19,461 bases of DNA from Bdellovibrionales bacterium RIFOXYD12_FULL_39_22 (GTDB lineage Bacteria; Bdellovibrionota; Bacteriovoracia; Bacteriovoracales; Bacteriovoracaceae): positions 1-19,461 of the forward strand of contig MEQL01000062.1 of NCBI GenBank assembly GCA_001770205.1. The letters run 5' to 3'. The notes beneath the pieces are model-generated. The model saw nothing but the letters and a program-made list of their open reading frames with translations, made no database searches and was not told where the DNA came from. The translations under genes and the position numbers were made by a program. Numbering within the stretch: the stretch's first letter is position 1; the number at the start of each line of letters is the position of its first letter. Shown piece by piece: positions 16,452 through 19,461 of this stretch.

Positions 16452-18236
16452 ATGGCCAAGATAAAAGAAGGATTATTACGAACTCATACTTGTGGAGAAT
16501 TAAAAAAAGGACACGTTGGCGAATTGGTTACAGTGTGTGGGTGGGTAAATAAAGATCGCAATTTAGGAGGACTACATTTTGTTGATTTGCGCGACAAATA
16601 TGGCATAACGCAAATATCATTTTCGGACTACACAGGCGACCTTAATCTATTTAAAGATATTTCACTGGAGTCAGTAATTTTAGTGAAAGGAGTGGTAGGT
16701 GCACGGCCAGATGATGCAATTAATAAAAATATGGCAACTGGCGAGATAGAAGTTCGCGCTCAAGTGGTGCAGATTCTCTCCATTGCGGATAAAGATACTA
16801 TTCCCTTTTTGCCCTATGGCGCTGTTCGGCCGACGGAAGAATTGGGCCTTCGCTATCGCTATCTCGATTTAAGGACCAAAGAGCTACAAGATATTTTACA
16901 GCTACGTTCTAATGTAATGAATCGGGTGCGTGCACTGCTTATTGAAGAGGATTTTGTAGAAGTAGAAACTCCAATCTTATATAAGTCTACTCCAGAAGGC
17001 GCGCGAGATTATATCGTTCCTAGTCGAGTTCATCCCGGAAAAGTTTATGCACTTCCACAGTCGCCGCAGACACTTAAGCAACTTTTAATGATTGCTTCTA
17101 CCGATAAATATTTTCAAATTGCTAAATGTTTTCGAGATGAGGATTTGCGCGCTGATCGACAACCGGAGTTTACCCAAATTGATATTGAAACTTCCTTTCC
17201 CACTCCGCTTTATATCAAAAAAATTGTGGAGAAAATTTTGATTGATCTTTTTAAACTACCAGCAGGATATAGCTTGCCAGTTATGAGTTATGATCAGGTA
17301 ATGGAAAAATACGGTTCGGATAAGCCTGATTTACGCTATGGACTAGAGCAATACAATGTGACTTCGCTTTTTGCCAATTCTGCTTTTGCAACTTTCGCAG
17401 ACGTGGCACAAAATAGAGGGTTGGTAAAGGCCATGTTTGTTTCTAATAAAGTTGGATCACTTACTCGCAAAATGATTGATCAATTCAAAGATGTGGTGGC
17501 CCCTTTTGGCGGTAAGGGTGTTGCTTGGTTTAAGATGGAAAATGGCGCGGTCTCTGGCGGGATTGCTAAATTTATTACTGATGATATTTTAAGCACTTTA
17601 TATCGCATGGCCAACGAGAACAATAAGAGTGATGGTGTTTGGTTATTTATCGCAGATAATAATCACGACATCGCTCACAACAGCTCTGATGCCCTTCGAC
17701 GTTTTTTAGGGGAAAATTTAAAATTGATTGGTAGTGAAGATAAGTTTTTATGGGTGGAGAAATTTCCACTTTTTGAATGGAACGGGGAGGACAAACGCTT
17801 CTATGCCAAACATCACCCATTCACTTCTGTGGCCCAAGAATCAATGGATGATTTTTTATCAGGGGATCATGCACGTTTAGTTAATTGTAAGGCCGAGGCA
17901 TATGATGTAGTTTGTAATGGCTATGAAATTGGTGGTGGGTCGATTAGAATTCACAACCAAAAAGTCCAAGATAAAATGTTCCAACTACTGGGGATGAGCG
18001 AGTCAGAAATAAGAGGGCAATTTGGATTTTTTATTGATGCTTTGAAGTATGGAGTTCCTCCGCACGGTGGCCTGGCCTTGGGCCTTGATCGTTTGATGAT
18101 GATTTTGGCCAGAACAAATAACATAAAGGACGTTATCGCTTTTCCCAAGACAACCTCGGCGGCAGATCTTATGGCCGATGCGCCATCAGTTCCTGCTGAG
18201 GCACAGTTAAATGAACTAAAGCTTCGTTGGAAGTAG
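16452..18236 (+). CDS. aspS: Aspartate--tRNA ligase (bacterial type with GAD insert)
   Basis: RTHTCGEL, FVDLRD, LRYRYLDLR, STPEGARDY, LPQSPQ, FRDEDLRADRQPEFTQID, KYGSDKPDLR, HHPFT, GGGSIRIH, PPHGGLALGLDR; SD AGGAG. Confidence 0.98.
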   Translation: MAKIKEGLLRTHTCGELKKGHVGELVTVCGWVNKDRNLGGLHFVDLRDKYGITQISFSDYTGDLNLFKDISLESVILVKGVVGARPDDAINKNMATGEIEVRAQVVQILSIADKDTIPFLPYGAVRPTEELGLRYRYLDLRTKELQDILQLRSNVMNRVRALLIEEDFVEVETPILYKSTPEGARDYIVPSRVHPGKVYALPQSPQTLKQLLMIASTDKYFQIAKCFRDEDLRADRQPEFTQIDIETSFPTPLYIKKIVEKILIDLFKLPAGYSLPVMSYDQVMEKYGSDKPDLRYGLEQYNVTSLFANSAFATFADVAQNRGLVKAMFVSNKVGSLTRKMIDQFKDVVAPFGGKGVAWFKMENGAVSGGIAKFITDDILSTLYRMANENNKSDGVWLFIADNNHDIAHNSSDALRRFLGENLKLIGSEDKFLWVEKFPLFEWNGEDKRFYAKHHPFTSVAQESMDDFLSGDHARLVNCKAEAYDVVCNGYEIGGGSIRIHNQKVQDKMFQLLGMSESEIRGQFGFFIDALKYGVPPHGGLALGLDRLMMILARTNNIKDVIAFPKTTSAADLMADAPSVPAEAQLNELKLRWK

Positions 18237-18237
18237 T

Positions 18238-18891
18238 TTAGGCCGCATTTTGTTGATCATCTTTTTGTGAGGGCCCATCATCGCCAATGGCCGTTACCGC
18301 AGTAGTTCTAAGGGGAACGACATTGTTTTCTTCTTTATTTAGGTTTGTGTTTGTATGCAGATCAAAAAGATCCAGCTGCATCGGAGGCATGTTGTTGATG
18401 TCAACCACCTCTGTTTTAGAAAACCAATCGGGAATTCCTTTGGCCGATTTTGTGATAAAAGGCAGTAGCATGACTATTGGAAATAGAGAGAGCATGAAGG
18501 CGTAGGCCACGGGACGAAGTGCTGCCTCGGAGAGGGAGAGTTGGCCATGTTTTTTTGAGCGTATTTTCAAATTAAAGATAAGTTTCCCAATACTTTGGCC
18601 ATCAGTGGTGTAGTAGGAAGCTAGAAAGTAGCCGATTAGCATTACGGAAAAGACAATGGATTCGCTTTCCCAAATTCTTCCGCGAATGGCCGATTGCTTA
18701 TCACTATATAGATAAAATAAAAACAGTTCCACGAAGTGGATGTAGCTTATGACTGTTAGCTTGGAAAGTAGGCCCACGATGGAGAGATCGGTGATAAAGG
18801 CCAGCACTCGATTGCGCAGGATTTTGCGTCTTGCGGCCCGATCTTCTTGTTGAATATTGTGTTCGAGATGATCTGTAGTGATTGATTCCAT
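18238..18891 (-). CDS. RDD-family membrane protein with extended C-terminal tail
   Basis: RVLAFITD, GQSIGKLIFNLKI, AALR and GIPDWFSKTEVV motifs; ~50-aa low-complexity tail. Confidence 0.88.
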   Translation of the reverse strand: MESITTDHLEHNIQQEDRAARRKILRNRVLAFITDLSIVGLLSKLTVISYIHFVELFLFYLYSDKQSAIRGRIWESESIVFSVMLIGYFLASYYTTDGQSIGKLIFNLKIRSKKHGQLSLSEAALRPVAYAFMLSLFPIVMLLPFITKSAKGIPDWFSKTEVVDINNMPPMQLDLFDLHTNTNLNKEENNVVPLRTTAVTAIGDDGPSQKDDQQNAA

Positions 18892-18898
18892 GGTAAAC

Positions 18899-18926
18899 CT
18901 GTCGGATATTTAAGGGAATAACTTGA
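18899..18926 (-). promoter_or_regulatory. Putative sigma28 (FliA) promoter of the RDD gene, probably leaderless transcript
   Basis: Minus strand (GC)TCAAGTTA-N12-TCCGACAG, 7 nt before the ATG; no SD; same GCTCAAGTT...CCGA core as upstream of cheW. Confidence 0.5.
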
Positions 18927-19002
18927 GCTAAAAAGACGGGTTCGAATTGACTCAGAATATCTGTTACCGAGGCTTGGTAACTTGATTATGATTTTCAAGA
19001 TG

Positions 19003-19410
19003 GTTGCCTCAAATCCCCCCTCTTGGGTAAAATGGAATTACACCAATAATTCTCAATTTTTACTTAATCCAAGGAGGGAGGAAGTGAGTTACCCAGCAAT
19101 TATAGAATATCTTCGGGAGTTGGCCAAGATTTATTTTGGAGCAAGTAAAAAGAAAAAAACTCAACTACTCGACGATGCAGAAAAAATAACTGGCGAACAT
19201 CGCAAAAGCTTGATCAGAACACTTCGCCCAGGAAAAGTAATTGAGAATAACAAAAAGAAAAAATGTGGAGCAAGGGTAACTTATCCAGAGGAGCTGCTCC
19301 TTCCGCATATAAAATTTTTGTGGATAGCAATGGAGAGAATTTCTCCAAAGAGAATGAAGGCTGCCTTCGCTGATTGGTTGCCCCCTATGTCAGGGAACAT
19401 TGCAGTCTGA
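19003..19410 (+). mobile_element. Left end and broken N-terminus of an integrase-type (rve/DDE, ISNCY-like) transposase
   Basis: GTG 19084 after SD AAGGAGGGAGG gives YLRELAKIYFGASKKKKTQLLD..KITGEHRKSLIRTL...GARVTY...LWIAMERISPKRMKAAFADWLP, then a stop at 19408-19410 before any catalytic core. GTTGCCTCA at 19003 is a candidate terminal repeat. Confidence 0.7.
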
Positions 19411-19461
19411 AGTTGGAGATAAAAACTTTTCTCAACCATGTGATTTTTACATGGATTGGCA

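Noticed and set aside
16452..16760. Assigning discriminating vs non-discriminating AspRS
   Set aside because: RNLGG lacks the His of many non-discriminating enzymes, but this marker has exceptions; asnS/gatCAB content is needed.
18982..19083. ORF-track TTG start for the transposase
   Set aside because: It runs through the element's noncoding left end; GTG 19084 has a strong SD and matches the family N-terminus.

Overview
Bacterial chromosomal window in two parts. By recall-level resemblance of several proteins it is probably from Bdellovibrionota (Bacteriovorax-like); no search was run. The left ~10 kb is accessory and partly decayed. It holds the 3' end of a 43-aa-repeat beta-propeller gene, a 1016-aa lipoprotein (Ig-like stalk plus two different propellers), a 5'-truncated DsbA-like pseudogene and an internally deleted IS630 remnant. 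It also has a 201-bp 99%-identical direct repeat (607-807 / 5276-5476) and a four-gene operon: exported helical protein, HAMP/GAF sensor kinase, REC-kinase hybrid, and a small RxxxxH HEPN-like protein. The right ~9 kb is mostly housekeeping: small beta-barrel OMP, orphan CheW, pepD, YihY/BrkB, YggT, a degenerate UvrC-N-terminus-like protein, FtsB/DivIC with a long disordered N-terminus, DUF192, aspS, an RDD membrane protein and a broken integrase-type transposase. Best leads: (i) cheW and the RDD gene share sigma28-like promoters and C-terminal AA, and the RDD tail carries a perfect beta-clamp-binding consensus QLDLF; (ii) an output-less kinase relay ending in a HEPN-like gene; (iii) the repeat-flanked propeller lipoprotein cassette. 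All family calls come from motif recognition by eye.
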